A DNA stretch of 64,000 nt, from the NCBI GenBank assembly GCA_016182185.1, contig JACOXU010000001.1, positions 338,915-402,914 of the forward strand, in the 5' to 3' direction. This document shows positions 1 through 8,930 of this stretch, in pieces; position 1 is the first letter of the stretch; the number at the start of each line of letters is the position of its first letter. This DNA comes from Candidatus Levyibacteriota bacterium. GTDB taxonomy: Bacteria; Patescibacteriota; Microgenomatia; Levybacterales; UBA12049. Both the position numbers and the translations under genes were made by a program. Below the pieces are notes generated by a model. That model worked only from the letters and a program-made list of their open reading frames with translations. It had not been told where the DNA came from and ran no database searches.

Positions 1-562
1 TTCTGACGATCCTATTGTGCGATTCGCGACACTTCTTCATGATGTCGGAAAACCAAAAGTTGCCACAACTGATAAAAATGGATTCGTGATCTTTCATAAT
101 CATGAGATCGCCGGCGCTCAAATCACAAGGGAAATATGTGACAGGCTTAAATTTTCCAAAAAAGATAGAGAGAAGATTGTTAATCTTATTCGTTGGCATA
201 TGTTTACGGTGGACGAAAAAATAACGGATGCGGCCGTCAGACGATTCATAAGACGTGTTGGAGTAGAGAATGTCAAGGACATGATGGACTTGCGAATTGG
301 AGACAGACTCGGAGGAGGAACACAAACCGCAGAAAGTTGGAGACTTAAACTTTTCAAGAAAAGAGTTGAAGAACAACTTGCGCCTTTACCCTTCTCTGTG
401 AACGATCTTGCTATTGATGGCAATGATATTATGAAAATTTTAAATATAAAACCGGGGCCTAGGGTCGGCGAATTGCTACAAAAACTCTTCGAGGAAGTTG
501 ATGAAGATCTCTCAAAAAATAAAAAGGAATATTTGACAAAAAGAATACAGGAACTAAAATAA
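1..562 (+). CDS. cca: CCA-adding enzyme / tRNA nucleotidyltransferase, C-terminal HD-domain portion (5' partial, gene starts upstream of window)
   Basis: Translation contains HD-domain motif LLHDVGKP and a C-terminal tRNA-binding region typical of bacterial CCA/polyA polymerase family. The reading frame is open to the window start. Confidence 0.75.
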   Translation, partial: SDDPIVRFATLLHDVGKPKVATTDKNGFVIFHNHEIAGAQITREICDRLKFSKKDREKIVNLIRWHMFTVDEKITDAAVRRFIRRVGVENVKDMMDLRIGDRLGGGTQTAESWRLKLFKKRVEEQLAPLPFSVNDLAIDGNDIMKILNIKPGPRVGELLQKLFEEVDEDLSKNKKEYLTKRIQELK

Positions 563-566
563 TTTA

Positions 567-1016
567 ATGACAAAAACAGATCTACAAGAAGAGCTTAAAA
601 AATCTATGCTTGCCAAAGATGAGACAAGGGTATCTGTGCTTCGATTGCTTCTTTCTGCTATTAATTATTACGAAATTAATAAAGGGGGTGCTGGTTACGA
701 AGCCACAGATGAAGATGTTCTATCGGTAATTCAAAAAGAAGCCAAACAAAGAAGAGATTCAATCGAAGAATTCAAAAAGGGAGGAAGACAAGATTTGGTC
801 GATAAAGAAGCGAAAGAGCTTGAAATCCTTAATACTTATTTGCCCGAACAGATGGATGAAGAAGAGATAAAAAAACTTGTAGAAAATGTGATTTCTCAAA
901 CCAGCGCCAAAACAATTGCTGATATGGGAAAACTTATGGGAGCCTTAATGCCGAAAATAAAAGGCAAAGCAGATGGAAATTTGGTAAGTAAAATTGTTAG
1001 AAAAAAGCTTTCTTAA
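567..1016 (+). CDS. GatB/YqeY domain protein
   Basis: 149 aa. N-terminal ELKKSMLAKDETRVSVLRLLLSAINYYEI is the signature of the YqeY/GatB C-terminal domain family. Starts 4 nt after cca. Confidence 0.8.
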   Translation: MTKTDLQEELKKSMLAKDETRVSVLRLLLSAINYYEINKGGAGYEATDEDVLSVIQKEAKQRRDSIEEFKKGGRQDLVDKEAKELEILNTYLPEQMDEEEIKKLVENVISQTSAKTIADMGKLMGALMPKIKGKADGNLVSKIVRKKLS

Positions 1017-1864
1017 TCTTCAAATATCACAATTCCAAGAAGCACAGAATTATCTATTGAAGTTCTTAGTACTGCAAGCGGGTTTTTTTCTACCTCTTCT
1101 GGACTTATTGGGGTATCAAACTGTCTCTTAAACTCCTCTGCAAACTCGCTGATTTCTTGTCCATCAACTGACGTAAAACTATGATAACCTGTACTTTCGT
1201 TTGATGCTGAATCCAAAAATTCAAAAGCACTTTCTACAACATCTCCAACTCTTCCCATCGCTTCAGCATCATTGAAATCCTTTACAAAGACGTCTACAAA
1301 AAGTCCTCCCATCTTCATTCTTGATAAACCAATCCCTGCAATAGAGGGTTCAGCCGCAAGAGTTTGAAAGAATTCTTGCATTGCTTGCTCATCTGCACCT
1401 TCTTTCGGTCCTTCTTTTAAGCAACCTGCTCTACTTGTAATTATGATATTATCTTCAGCTTCTTCCCGACTTTTTTCTACATAATCGATTATATTATTGG
1501 CTTCTTTGACTCGCTCTTCTTGAGTAAAATCGATATAAACTTGATCATTGCTCTTATTTCTTCTAATTTTATTAACAATTTCTTCAGATAAACCCGGTGG
1601 AGCTTGCTCACCAATTTCATCGAGACTGGCAACAACAAGCAGCCCCATGTTCTCAATTAGTTGATATCCGACAAAAGGCTTGCTATCTCTTGAGATTCTT
1701 ACTTCCCATCCGAGTCCAAAAACTGAATGATTTATTCTTAGAACTTCGATGTCCTCAGATTCTTTATTAATTATTTCTTTTTCTATTGATGCCCTAGGTA
1801 CAATCAACGCCATTCTATCTTCCCAGCTAGCTTGTGATTTTCTTTCTTCTACTTTATTTCCCAT
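1013..1864 (-). CDS. hypothetical acidic cytoplasmic protein
   Basis: 283-aa ORF with no antisense competitor. No motif recognised. Overlaps yqeY stop by 4 nt. Confidence 0.4.
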   Translation of the reverse strand: MGNKVEERKSQASWEDRMALIVPRASIEKEIINKESEDIEVLRINHSVFGLGWEVRISRDSKPFVGYQLIENMGLLVVASLDEIGEQAPPGLSEEIVNKIRRNKSNDQVYIDFTQEERVKEANNIIDYVEKSREEAEDNIIITSRAGCLKEGPKEGADEQAMQEFFQTLAAEPSIAGIGLSRMKMGGLFVDVFVKDFNDAEAMGRVGDVVESAFEFLDSASNESTGYHSFTSVDGQEISEFAEEFKRQFDTPISPEEVEKNPLAVLRTSIDNSVLLGIVIFED

Positions 1865-1888
1865 ATTTAATTTTTAATATTTTATCTT

Positions 1889-2794
1889 TTATTTTTTCTT
1901 TCTCTTCTCAGCTAATTCGTGCCATAAGACCAGTAATGGCGAGGCATTGAAGATTGACGAATAAGTACCGCTAATTATTCCAATAAGAAGTGCCACAACA
2001 AACCACCTGATTGTCTCTCCTCCAAAAAGAAGAAGTGCGAAAAGTACCAAGATAACTGTCAGAGATGTATTTAGAGACCTGTCCAAAGTTTGAAGTATAG
2101 ACTCATTTACGATCTGGGAGAAGGGAACCCCGGCCATTCTTTTCAGGTTCTCTCTTATTCTATCAAAGACCACGATTGTATCATGGACAGAAAACCCGAT
2201 TACAGTCAAAAGTGCAGTCACAAAAAGAGAATCAACTTCAACGCTGAAGAAACGACCGAGAATTGCAAAAATTCCAACGACCACCAGAATATCGTGAATA
2301 AGGGCAATTATGGCACAAACTCCGAATCTAAGACTGCTTGCCGGCTTTGGTACGCTTCTGAATGACCAGGTGATATATAAAATTATTAAAATTGATGCAA
2401 AAATAACAGCCTTTATGGCATTGGCAGTTGTCTCTTCTCCAATTGCGGGTCCGATTGTTTCAAATTGTGTTTCCTTTGCATCTTTGAATTTTTTGGAAAG
2501 TTCAGTAACAAAATTTGCATTCTGCTTTTGATCCATCGGGCTTGTTCTGATAAGTACAGACTTGTCTGAAATTTCAGTTGTTGAGATTTTTATATTGTTT
2601 TTTACTAATATATCTTTTACTTCTTCAGATGTTTTTTTCTCCACTTTCTGAGAAAAAAGGACAGTAAGTCTTGATCCGCCAATGAAATCAATCGAAAGGT
2701 TAAGACCATAAAGCATAAGCGCTATCAACCCGGGAATAACTACAAGTAAAGATATTGCAAAATACCAATTTTTTTTACTAATAATATCTATCAT
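1889..2794 (-). CDS. secF: protein translocase subunit SecF
   Basis: 301 aa. N-terminal TM plus DFIGGSRLTV motif and six C-terminal TM segments typical of SecF. Directly downstream of secD. Confidence 0.9.
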   Translation of the reverse strand: MIDIISKKNWYFAISLLVVIPGLIALMLYGLNLSIDFIGGSRLTVLFSQKVEKKTSEEVKDILVKNNIKISTTEISDKSVLIRTSPMDQKQNANFVTELSKKFKDAKETQFETIGPAIGEETTANAIKAVIFASILIILYITWSFRSVPKPASSLRFGVCAIIALIHDILVVVGIFAILGRFFSVEVDSLFVTALLTVIGFSVHDTIVVFDRIRENLKRMAGVPFSQIVNESILQTLDRSLNTSLTVILVLFALLLFGGETIRWFVVALLIGIISGTYSSIFNASPLLVLWHELAEKRKKK

Positions 2795-2797
2795 AAA

Positions 2798-4153
2798 TTA
2801 ACTTTTGTTTACCACACGAAGAAAAGTTCGTGTCACAACAATTGCGGAAAACATCGAAACCAAAACACCTATTGCCAGAACAAGAGCAAAGCCTTTAACC
2901 ACGCCCGTTCCAAACTGATAAAGAATCGTACTTGTTATAAGGGTTGAGACATTTGAATCTCTTATTGACGACCATGCTCTGGTAAATCCGAGCTCAATGG
3001 CCACTTCTTCCCGCCTGCCCGAGCGTCTTTCTTCTTTTATTCTTTCAAAAATTAGAATATTTGCATCAACTGCCATCCCGATTGAAAGAATAAAACCTGC
3101 GATGCCTGAAAGCGTCAGGGTGATTCCATAAGGTGTAATATTACTTATCTTAAATATTGCCAGAACGATCAAAGAATAGATAAATAATGCAATACTTGCC
3201 AAAACTCCAAGTCTTCCATACAAAATACACATAAACAGCACTATTATTACAAAGCCTATGATACCTGCAAAAAGACTTTTTCGCAAAGACTCTACTCCAA
3301 GCGTTGGTCCGATAACACGCTGTTCCAAGACAGACAAAGGGACAGGAAGTGCACCTGCATTAAGCTGTGTGCTTAAGGTTTTTGCCTGATCAACGCTAAA
3401 ACTTCCAGAAATGACAGCACTTCCGGTTAAGATCGGTTCATTAACTCTTGGCGCTTCTATAACTATTTCATCAAGTACAATCGCAACGATTTTATTGACA
3501 TTTCCCTTGGTAATATCGGCAAATTTTTTCGTTCCATCCGAAGTAAATACTAATTGTACCTGTGGCTTCCCTGTGTTTTGATCAAAACTTACACTCGCTT
3601 GTTGCAAATCTTTTCCCGTCAAATCTGTTTTGTGAGGATTTTCTCCCAAAACCTGAACTGCTCCCAGTGGATAGGCTGAGGGAGAAGCAATTTTGGCAGA
3701 ACCCGTTGCTCCCTCTTCCCAAAAAGAAAGCTGAGCAGTTGTTCCAATTAGATTAATTGCCTGATTTATATCTGTAACGCCGGGTAACTCGACAATTATT
3801 CGAGAATCACCATTAACCGATGATGTTTGAATAATCGGTTCTGAGACACCAAAAAGATTTATTCTTTTTTCAATTACTGCCTTTGCTCCTTCGAAGGCAT
3901 CTTTTCTTTGTGCCGATGAAACATCTGACATATCAGCCCGAAATGTTATGCTTGTGCCTCCTGCAAGATCAAGTCCTCTTCTGAATTCGAACTCTTTGGT
4001 TATTCCTAATCTTGAAAGAAGCGTATTAGGACTAATATTAATATTTTTGATCGGTCCAAATGAAACGGACCTGATATCAGGCAGGTTTACAAAAATTGCC
4101 AGAAAAGTTAAAATAATAATGGCCCAAAAAAGCCGCCGGGGAGTTAATTTCAT
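2798..4153 (-). CDS. secD: protein translocase subunit SecD
   Basis: 451 aa. Periplasmic domain with LDLAGGTSITF and a C-terminal 6-TM bundle. secD-secF tandem. Confidence 0.9.
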   Translation of the reverse strand: MKLTPRRLFWAIIILTFLAIFVNLPDIRSVSFGPIKNINISPNTLLSRLGITKEFEFRRGLDLAGGTSITFRADMSDVSSAQRKDAFEGAKAVIEKRINLFGVSEPIIQTSSVNGDSRIIVELPGVTDINQAINLIGTTAQLSFWEEGATGSAKIASPSAYPLGAVQVLGENPHKTDLTGKDLQQASVSFDQNTGKPQVQLVFTSDGTKKFADITKGNVNKIVAIVLDEIVIEAPRVNEPILTGSAVISGSFSVDQAKTLSTQLNAGALPVPLSVLEQRVIGPTLGVESLRKSLFAGIIGFVIIVLFMCILYGRLGVLASIALFIYSLIVLAIFKISNITPYGITLTLSGIAGFILSIGMAVDANILIFERIKEERRSGRREEVAIELGFTRAWSSIRDSNVSTLITSTILYQFGTGVVKGFALVLAIGVLVSMFSAIVVTRTFLRVVNKS

Positions 4154-4725
4154 GCCAACATGTTCTCCTCATCTCCGATCAACATAACTCTTGATCCTGA
4201 AAGAATTGACAAGATGAAGGGGTCTCTTCGTTTTCTCCTGAAGGCAAATTCTTCTTCCGACATGACAGTATAATTAATCTCAGTATTTAACCTTTTTTCT
4301 TCTGCTCTTACCAGGAGTGTTAATTCTGGCAAGACTACTGTTCCGACCAGTAAAAGATTTACTTCATCAGGTTCATTATTTAATCTTCTTACAAATTTAC
4401 CGGAAAACATCGCAAATTTTATTTTACCAAGTTTTGCACGATTCTTGAGAATATCAGATCCGAGTCCGACTGTTTTTGCTCCAAGTCTAAGGAGATCATA
4501 GTAGAATGGATAATTTTTAGATAACGAATAGTAGAGTCTGTTCGCCCGTGGTTCTTTTTCAAGAATACCTCTTTTTTCTAAATACTGAAGTTCTCGTCTA
4601 ACCGCATTAATTTCATCACCTGTTCTTCGAACAAGCTCTCTTACATGATAAATTTCAGACGGGTTTGTCAGAAAAACCTCTAGAAGCTTGACCCTTGATT
4701 TTGATGTAATTAGATCAGAAAACAT
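4150..4725 (-). CDS. winged-helix transcriptional regulator-like protein
   Basis: 191 aa. N-terminal wHTH-like segment (RVKLLEVFLTNPSEIYHVRELVRRTGDEINAVRRELQYLEKRGIL). Overlaps secD start by 4 nt. Confidence 0.5.
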   Translation of the reverse strand: MFSDLITSKSRVKLLEVFLTNPSEIYHVRELVRRTGDEINAVRRELQYLEKRGILEKEPRANRLYYSLSKNYPFYYDLLRLGAKTVGLGSDILKNRAKLGKIKFAMFSGKFVRRLNNEPDEVNLLLVGTVVLPELTLLVRAEEKRLNTEINYTVMSEEEFAFRRKRRDPFILSILSGSRVMLIGDEENMLA

Positions 4726-4766
4726 AAGCCCGTTTTAGCCCATTTCAGAGCATATTCAGACGGGGA

Positions 4767-5939
4767 TTATTTTACATTCATAACCCCATCTATGGGCAGA
4801 ATTTCAAACCAGATTAATCCCCTGTTAAATTTAACTTGATCACCTCTATTATCAAAGATTTGCGTTCTTGATGTTCTTCCGTCTTTTTTCCATTTACCTG
4901 TTATTTGTTTGCCATCCATAAATATAACTGCTTTCCCAGTCCCTTTTGTTTTATAAAGCAAATGAAGATTTCTTTCATACCCGTCATTTGCCGAGCTTTC
5001 TTGCATAAATAATACTACAATATTTTTTGAAGTCAACTGTTTATTTGTATTTCGGTCTATATGCGGACTTGATCCATGGTTTCTTTTATATAGATTTGAG
5101 GCATTGTCATAGATCCAATCTACAAAATAATCCTTGTCAGATTCCCAAAATTCAAGATGGACTGTTTGAGAGACTGGTCTTTTCGCAGCATCTTCATCTT
5201 TTTTAAATGAGTAGGAGATAAACTTCTCGTCCCATTTTTCACCGTCTTCATTTTTGTCGGAAAGTTTTCTTGTCTTTGCTGCATATTCCCATAATTTTTC
5301 AGTGGCTGAGTACATGGTATGCTCGGTCGCAGCTGTATGGCCAAGTCTTTCATAATCTCTCCAGAAAACCGGAAATCCAATTGAAAATTGATTCAGATCG
5401 TTGTATCCTTCCCACCCATAGTCACCGATTTGTCCAAGCGCATTCGCAGGTCCTGGCTGATTCGCTCCACCCACATGCGCATATAAAGGGCTGTCTCCAT
5501 ATTCTGAAATGAAATCCAAAAAGTAAGTTCTGGCTGACCTCACCGGACCGAGTTGGCCGGCGTCCTGACAATAATAAACAGAAAGAAACCTTGTAATTCC
5601 CCCCTCTGCAACTGCTTCATAAATTACATCTGCAAATGACAATCCGGACTGAGGTCTTGCGCCCTCATGATTTTCGATCATAACTCCCAAGGGTCTGTGT
5701 TTCTCCCACCATGCTTTTTGCTGTTTGGAATACATTGCTCCATTGAGAGGGCACTCTTCAGTCCGAGGAAGATCCGGATCAAAAACTAATTTTCCCTCTG
5801 CAGTTTTTTTGGGACCGCTTACCGGAGACGACAATCCCGAAGATCCGAGGGCTTTTGAAAAAATGAAATATGAAATTCCAGATGAAAAAAAATAAACAGC
5901 AATAATAAGTACAATTGAAATAATTTTATTTTTATCCAT
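4767..5939 (-). CDS. DUF3048 (YerB-like) membrane-anchored/lipoprotein-like protein
   Basis: 390 aa. N-terminal TM anchor. Central and C-terminal regions resemble the DUF3048 family (Bacillus YerB). Recalled from family knowledge, not searched. Confidence 0.55.
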   Translation of the reverse strand: MDKNKIISIVLIIAVYFFSSGISYFIFSKALGSSGLSSPVSGPKKTAEGKLVFDPDLPRTEECPLNGAMYSKQQKAWWEKHRPLGVMIENHEGARPQSGLSFADVIYEAVAEGGITRFLSVYYCQDAGQLGPVRSARTYFLDFISEYGDSPLYAHVGGANQPGPANALGQIGDYGWEGYNDLNQFSIGFPVFWRDYERLGHTAATEHTMYSATEKLWEYAAKTRKLSDKNEDGEKWDEKFISYSFKKDEDAAKRPVSQTVHLEFWESDKDYFVDWIYDNASNLYKRNHGSSPHIDRNTNKQLTSKNIVVLFMQESSANDGYERNLHLLYKTKGTGKAVIFMDGKQITGKWKKDGRTSRTQIFDNRGDQVKFNRGLIWFEILPIDGVMNVK

Positions 5940-5941
5940 AT

Positions 5942-6406
5942 CTAATCTTTTTTACTTGCAGCTTTAAGAGCCTTCTTTTCTTCTTCTGATAATTCATAAT
6001 CAGATCCTTTTCCATCTATTACTTTCTTGGCATACCACCTAGTACCTGAACGTGAATACAATGCGGAAATTATTATTCCGTTATCGTTTGCATCAACAAG
6101 AGAGAGAATAAAGCTTTGATCTCCACCTGTATCTTTAAATGGATTAAAGCGTAAAAGCCCTACCTTTTGGATATGCAAATTTCCGTCTTTTAGTAAATTA
6201 TCGCAATATTTTTTAAGTTGCTCAATATCTTTTTGATGAAGGTCAATTTTTATCAATAAATCTTCTAGAATTGCTTTCAAACTTTTATGATTTGTACCTT
6301 TGGTTAATCTATTATAGTGCGACATCATCTGCCAAAATAGAACTGAAAGAGCCAGTAGCCATAAACCAAAAAAACCAACCACAAAAAAAAGAAAATTGGG
6401 TACCAT
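5942..6406 (-). CDS. DUF4446-like membrane protein
   Basis: 154 aa. N-terminal TM followed by a coiled-coil-like segment. Resembles the DUF4446 family. Confidence 0.5.
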   Translation of the reverse strand: MVPNFLFFVVGFFGLWLLALSVLFWQMMSHYNRLTKGTNHKSLKAILEDLLIKIDLHQKDIEQLKKYCDNLLKDGNLHIQKVGLLRFNPFKDTGGDQSFILSLVDANDNGIIISALYSRSGTRWYAKKVIDGKGSDYELSEEEKKALKAASKKD

Positions 6407-6428
6407 ATATATCCATCTATATTAGCCT

Positions 6429-6460
6429 CTTGACAGGTTCTATGTCAATAGTGTAATCTA
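6429..6460 (+). promoter_or_regulatory. sigma70-like promoter candidate (TTGACA ... TAATCT) upstream of small ORF
   Basis: TTGACA at 6429, and a TAATCT -10-like hexamer about 18 nt downstream. Divergent from the DUF4446 gene. Confidence 0.35.
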
Positions 6461-6472
6461 GGCTCTATTGCG

Positions 6473-6781
6473 ATGAGTAGGCACAAAAAGAAAACTCGCA
6501 AACAAAAAGTCTTGGCCGATCTTCACAGAAAAATGCAATCTTTGGAGACTCATTCTTCTATTGCCTTAAACGAAGAGAAAAAAATAAAATCTTCAGAAGT
6601 TCCTAGAATAAAACCACAAACGACAGTTACATATCGTCCGCTAGCAATAAACACATACCCATTCCTCTTGAAAGATATTTCAAGAACAGGTATTCTAACT
6701 GCGATAATCTTGGCCTTTCAAATTATTTTATTATTCTTATTAAAAAATCACATAATCTCATTACAGGGAATCAGTTATTGA
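6473..6781 (+). CDS. hypothetical small protein with basic N-terminus and C-terminal TM helix
   Basis: 102-aa ORF. Lys/Arg-rich N-terminus (MSRHKKKTRKQK). Hydrophobic C-terminus ILTAIILAFQIILLFLL. Confidence 0.3.
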   Translation: MSRHKKKTRKQKVLADLHRKMQSLETHSSIALNEEKKIKSSEVPRIKPQTTVTYRPLAINTYPFLLKDISRTGILTAIILAFQIILLFLLKNHIISLQGISY

Positions 6782-6803
6782 CGAAGGGAGGTGAATGAAC
6801 AAT

Positions 6804-6944
6804 ATGGCATCGATGTATTGTGTAAAATGCAGAGCAAAGAGAGATGATCCCAATGCTCAAAAAGTTACCATGAAGAATGGAAAACCAGCCCTTAAAGGAA
6901 AGTGCCCAGTCTGTGGTACGGGAATGTACAAGATTGGAGGCTAA
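6804..6944 (+). CDS. DUF5679-like zinc-ribbon mini-protein (46 aa; not in supplied ORF track)
   Basis: Translation MASMYCVKCRAKRDDPNAQKVTMKNGKPALKGKCPVCGTGMYKIGG. CxxC...CxxC ribbon with the YC(V/M)KC...KNG(K/R)PA...G.CPVCGT pattern of DUF5679. Strong SD GGAGGTGA at 6786-6793. Bidirectional terminator follows. Confidence 0.7.
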   Translation: MASMYCVKCRAKRDDPNAQKVTMKNGKPALKGKCPVCGTGMYKIGG

Positions 6945-7000
6945 TTTCTTGAAGGACCTATCGATAGGAATAACTTTAACCTTCAAGAAAACAAATAGAA

Positions 7001-7043
7001 AAACCCCTCAGCAATTATTTTATAATCCTCAGGGGTTTTTCAT
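7001..7043. terminator. bidirectional intrinsic terminator
   Basis: AAAAACCCCT...AGGGGTTTTT: a 10-bp stem flanked by A-run and T-run. Lies between the convergent genes ending at 6944 (+) and 7059 (-). Confidence 0.6.
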
Positions 7044-7058
7044 TTGGATCATCTAGAT

Positions 7059-7328
7059 TTATTTTTTATACAGATATTTCCCCCAGAGGCTTTTGAAAAA
7101 TGGAAGAGTTAATGTTGAAAGAAAAAAAGCTATAGACGGAACGATGGCATTAAGCCATGGCTCAGAAACGTTTATTGCACTTAGGTAAAAGCCGATTGCC
7201 AAATAAGTAAAAAGGATTAAAAGAAATCTTCTGGTAAAACTTGTTTCCCAAGCTTTATCTTTCTCAACATTTTTATTCCTGATTTCAATTTTCTCAATTC
7301 TCTTTTCAAGCTCATCAAGATTCGCCAT
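7059..7328 (-). CDS. small 2-TM membrane protein, first (distal) gene of glycosylation cluster
   Basis: 89 aa. N-terminal coiled-coil-like segment then two hydrophobic helices. 3-nt gap to the upstream GT-C gene. Confidence 0.45.
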   Translation of the reverse strand: MANLDELEKRIEKIEIRNKNVEKDKAWETSFTRRFLLILFTYLAIGFYLSAINVSEPWLNAIVPSIAFFLSTLTLPFFKSLWGKYLYKK

Positions 7329-7331
7329 ATC

Positions 7332-8930
7332 TTATTTAGCCTCTTTGTAGTGTCTTAGCTTGTAAATCTTAACCACGCTTACATTCCATTCCTCGGCTAT
7401 TTCTGCTCTTCCAAAACCTGCAATTTCCCAAAGCGAATGGCCCAAAGGATGACAAGGCAAAGTTTCGCAAACAATTATCAGCTGGTTTGTAACGCTTTCT
7501 CTTTTGGGATCAACTTGCGGATTTAATATTGATATAGGTGTTTGATTCCAAAGCGTAAAAAAATATCTGTAGGCATGGTCTGAATTATTACCGGATACCA
7601 AAGCAAAATTAAATGGTTTACCCTCAGATACTTCAACTACAGAACGTGAGATTGCTTCTACCTGTTTTAACTGGCGATTGGGTGAATACTTAAATGGGAT
7701 GCCATTCAGATTAATTATAATAAGTATCAAAAGAATAGAGATGGCAAAAATTACAAAAATTTTATTTTTTCTGATGAAAAAATCTAACGCATTGCCCACA
7801 AGAAGAAAAGGCAAAGGAAAAATAAATCCAAAATAATAATCATAAATAGATTTTTTATAAAACCCAAAAAGTCCTACACCGACAAAAAACCAAAGGAAGA
7901 TTAACAAAAATTTCAAAAATGCGGAGTTTTCTTTTTTTCTTTCTCTATAAAGAGCGATAAACTTTGTTAAAAATATAGAAATACTTATTATTCCAAGAAC
8001 TAGGCTTCCCAAGTACCAGATAAAAATATTCACATTCGCCTTAAGAGATACCTGTTCTGGCGGAGGAAAACTGGTTATTAATCTTGCAAATAATCGAAAA
8101 AATGCATCATAAACCGTCCTGAACAAATTGATGCCCGCGCCTGTATCGCCTGATGAAATGACAAAAGAAATAATGCTTTGTATGTTTTGGAATCCATGAC
8201 GAAACTCAAAGGTCAAAAAGGGAGATATGCCAATTATAAAACCCAAGGAAATGTAGTAATAGTCCCGGGCAAGCTTAATTAAAAGTGGCAGAAGTGAACC
8301 CTTAGAATCTTTAAATATTCTGAAGATTAATATATAAAAGAACAGAATTGCACTAAGAAATGTTGCCAAATAATGAAGTTGTATAGTGATCCCAAGCATA
8401 AGTCCCGATAAGATAATCAACCAAGCTTTATTTTTCTCAAGTGCCTTATATAAAATAAGCAACGTCAAGAGTGAAAAAAATGGCATAAGATTTGGATTCC
8501 AGGAAGAACGGGAATATGCAATTACAAGAGGAGAAATTGAATATAACAAAGCAGAAATAATTCCCACTTTTTTGTTAAAAAATATATCGCCCGCCTTATA
8601 TACAAGCCAGACAGTGGCCACTCCAAAGAGAGCAACCATCACAGCAGGGCCAACTGGATTGTAATTAAAAAACCAGAGAAAGGGCGTCATGAAATAGTAG
8701 TAGGCAGGGCCCAGAAAAAAACCGCCTACAGAAGCGGTTGGGCCAAGAAGAGTTAAATTCCCATGCAAAATATTGTATACGACCAAAACGTCTCTTCCTT
8801 CATCTCCCAAAAATGTCATGTATTCATCGATTCTGTAAAGTCTTAAGAAGGCAGAAAAGATTAAAATGACAATAATTATTGATCTAAAACTCAATATTTG
8901 AGATTTGAGATTTGAGATTAGAGATTTCAT
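7332..8930 (-). CDS. GT-C fold glycosyltransferase, ArnT/PMT-like (GT39/GT83 family)
   Basis: 532 aa, polytopic, about 12 TM. N-terminal region RLYRIDEYMTFLGDEGRDV is typical of dolichyl/undecaprenyl-phosphate-sugar-dependent GT-C transferases. Confidence 0.75.
   Translation of the reverse strand: MKSLISNLKSQILSFRSIIIVILIFSAFLRLYRIDEYMTFLGDEGRDVLVVYNILHGNLTLLGPTASVGGFFLGPAYYYFMTPFLWFFNYNPVGPAVMVALFGVATVWLVYKAGDIFFNKKVGIISALLYSISPLVIAYSRSSWNPNLMPFFSLLTLLILYKALEKNKAWLIILSGLMLGITIQLHYLATFLSAILFFYILIFRIFKDSKGSLLPLLIKLARDYYYISLGFIIGISPFLTFEFRHGFQNIQSIISFVISSGDTGAGINLFRTVYDAFFRLFARLITSFPPPEQVSLKANVNIFIWYLGSLVLGIISISIFLTKFIALYRERKKENSAFLKFLLIFLWFFVGVGLFGFYKKSIYDYYFGFIFPLPFLLVGNALDFFIRKNKIFVIFAISILLILIIINLNGIPFKYSPNRQLKQVEAISRSVVEVSEGKPFNFALVSGNNSDHAYRYFFTLWNQTPISILNPQVDPKRESVTNQLIIVCETLPCHPLGHSLWEIAGFGRAEIAEEWNVSVVKIYKLRHYKEAK
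8900..8927. repeat. heptamer tandem repeat (GAGATTT x3 with one GAGATTA) at the 5' end of the GT-C gene
   Basis: Read directly. Encodes SNLKSQI of the protein N-terminus on the minus strand. Confidence 0.8.

Noticed and set aside
2090-2531. ORFs 2090..2365 and 2310..2531 on the plus strand
   Set aside because: Antisense shadow ORFs inside secF. The same applies to 3562..3756, 3948..4187 (secD), 5120..5512 (DUF3048 gene), 10116..10439, 11028..11692, 13073..14411 and many similar 60-120 aa ORFs opposite strongly supported genes.
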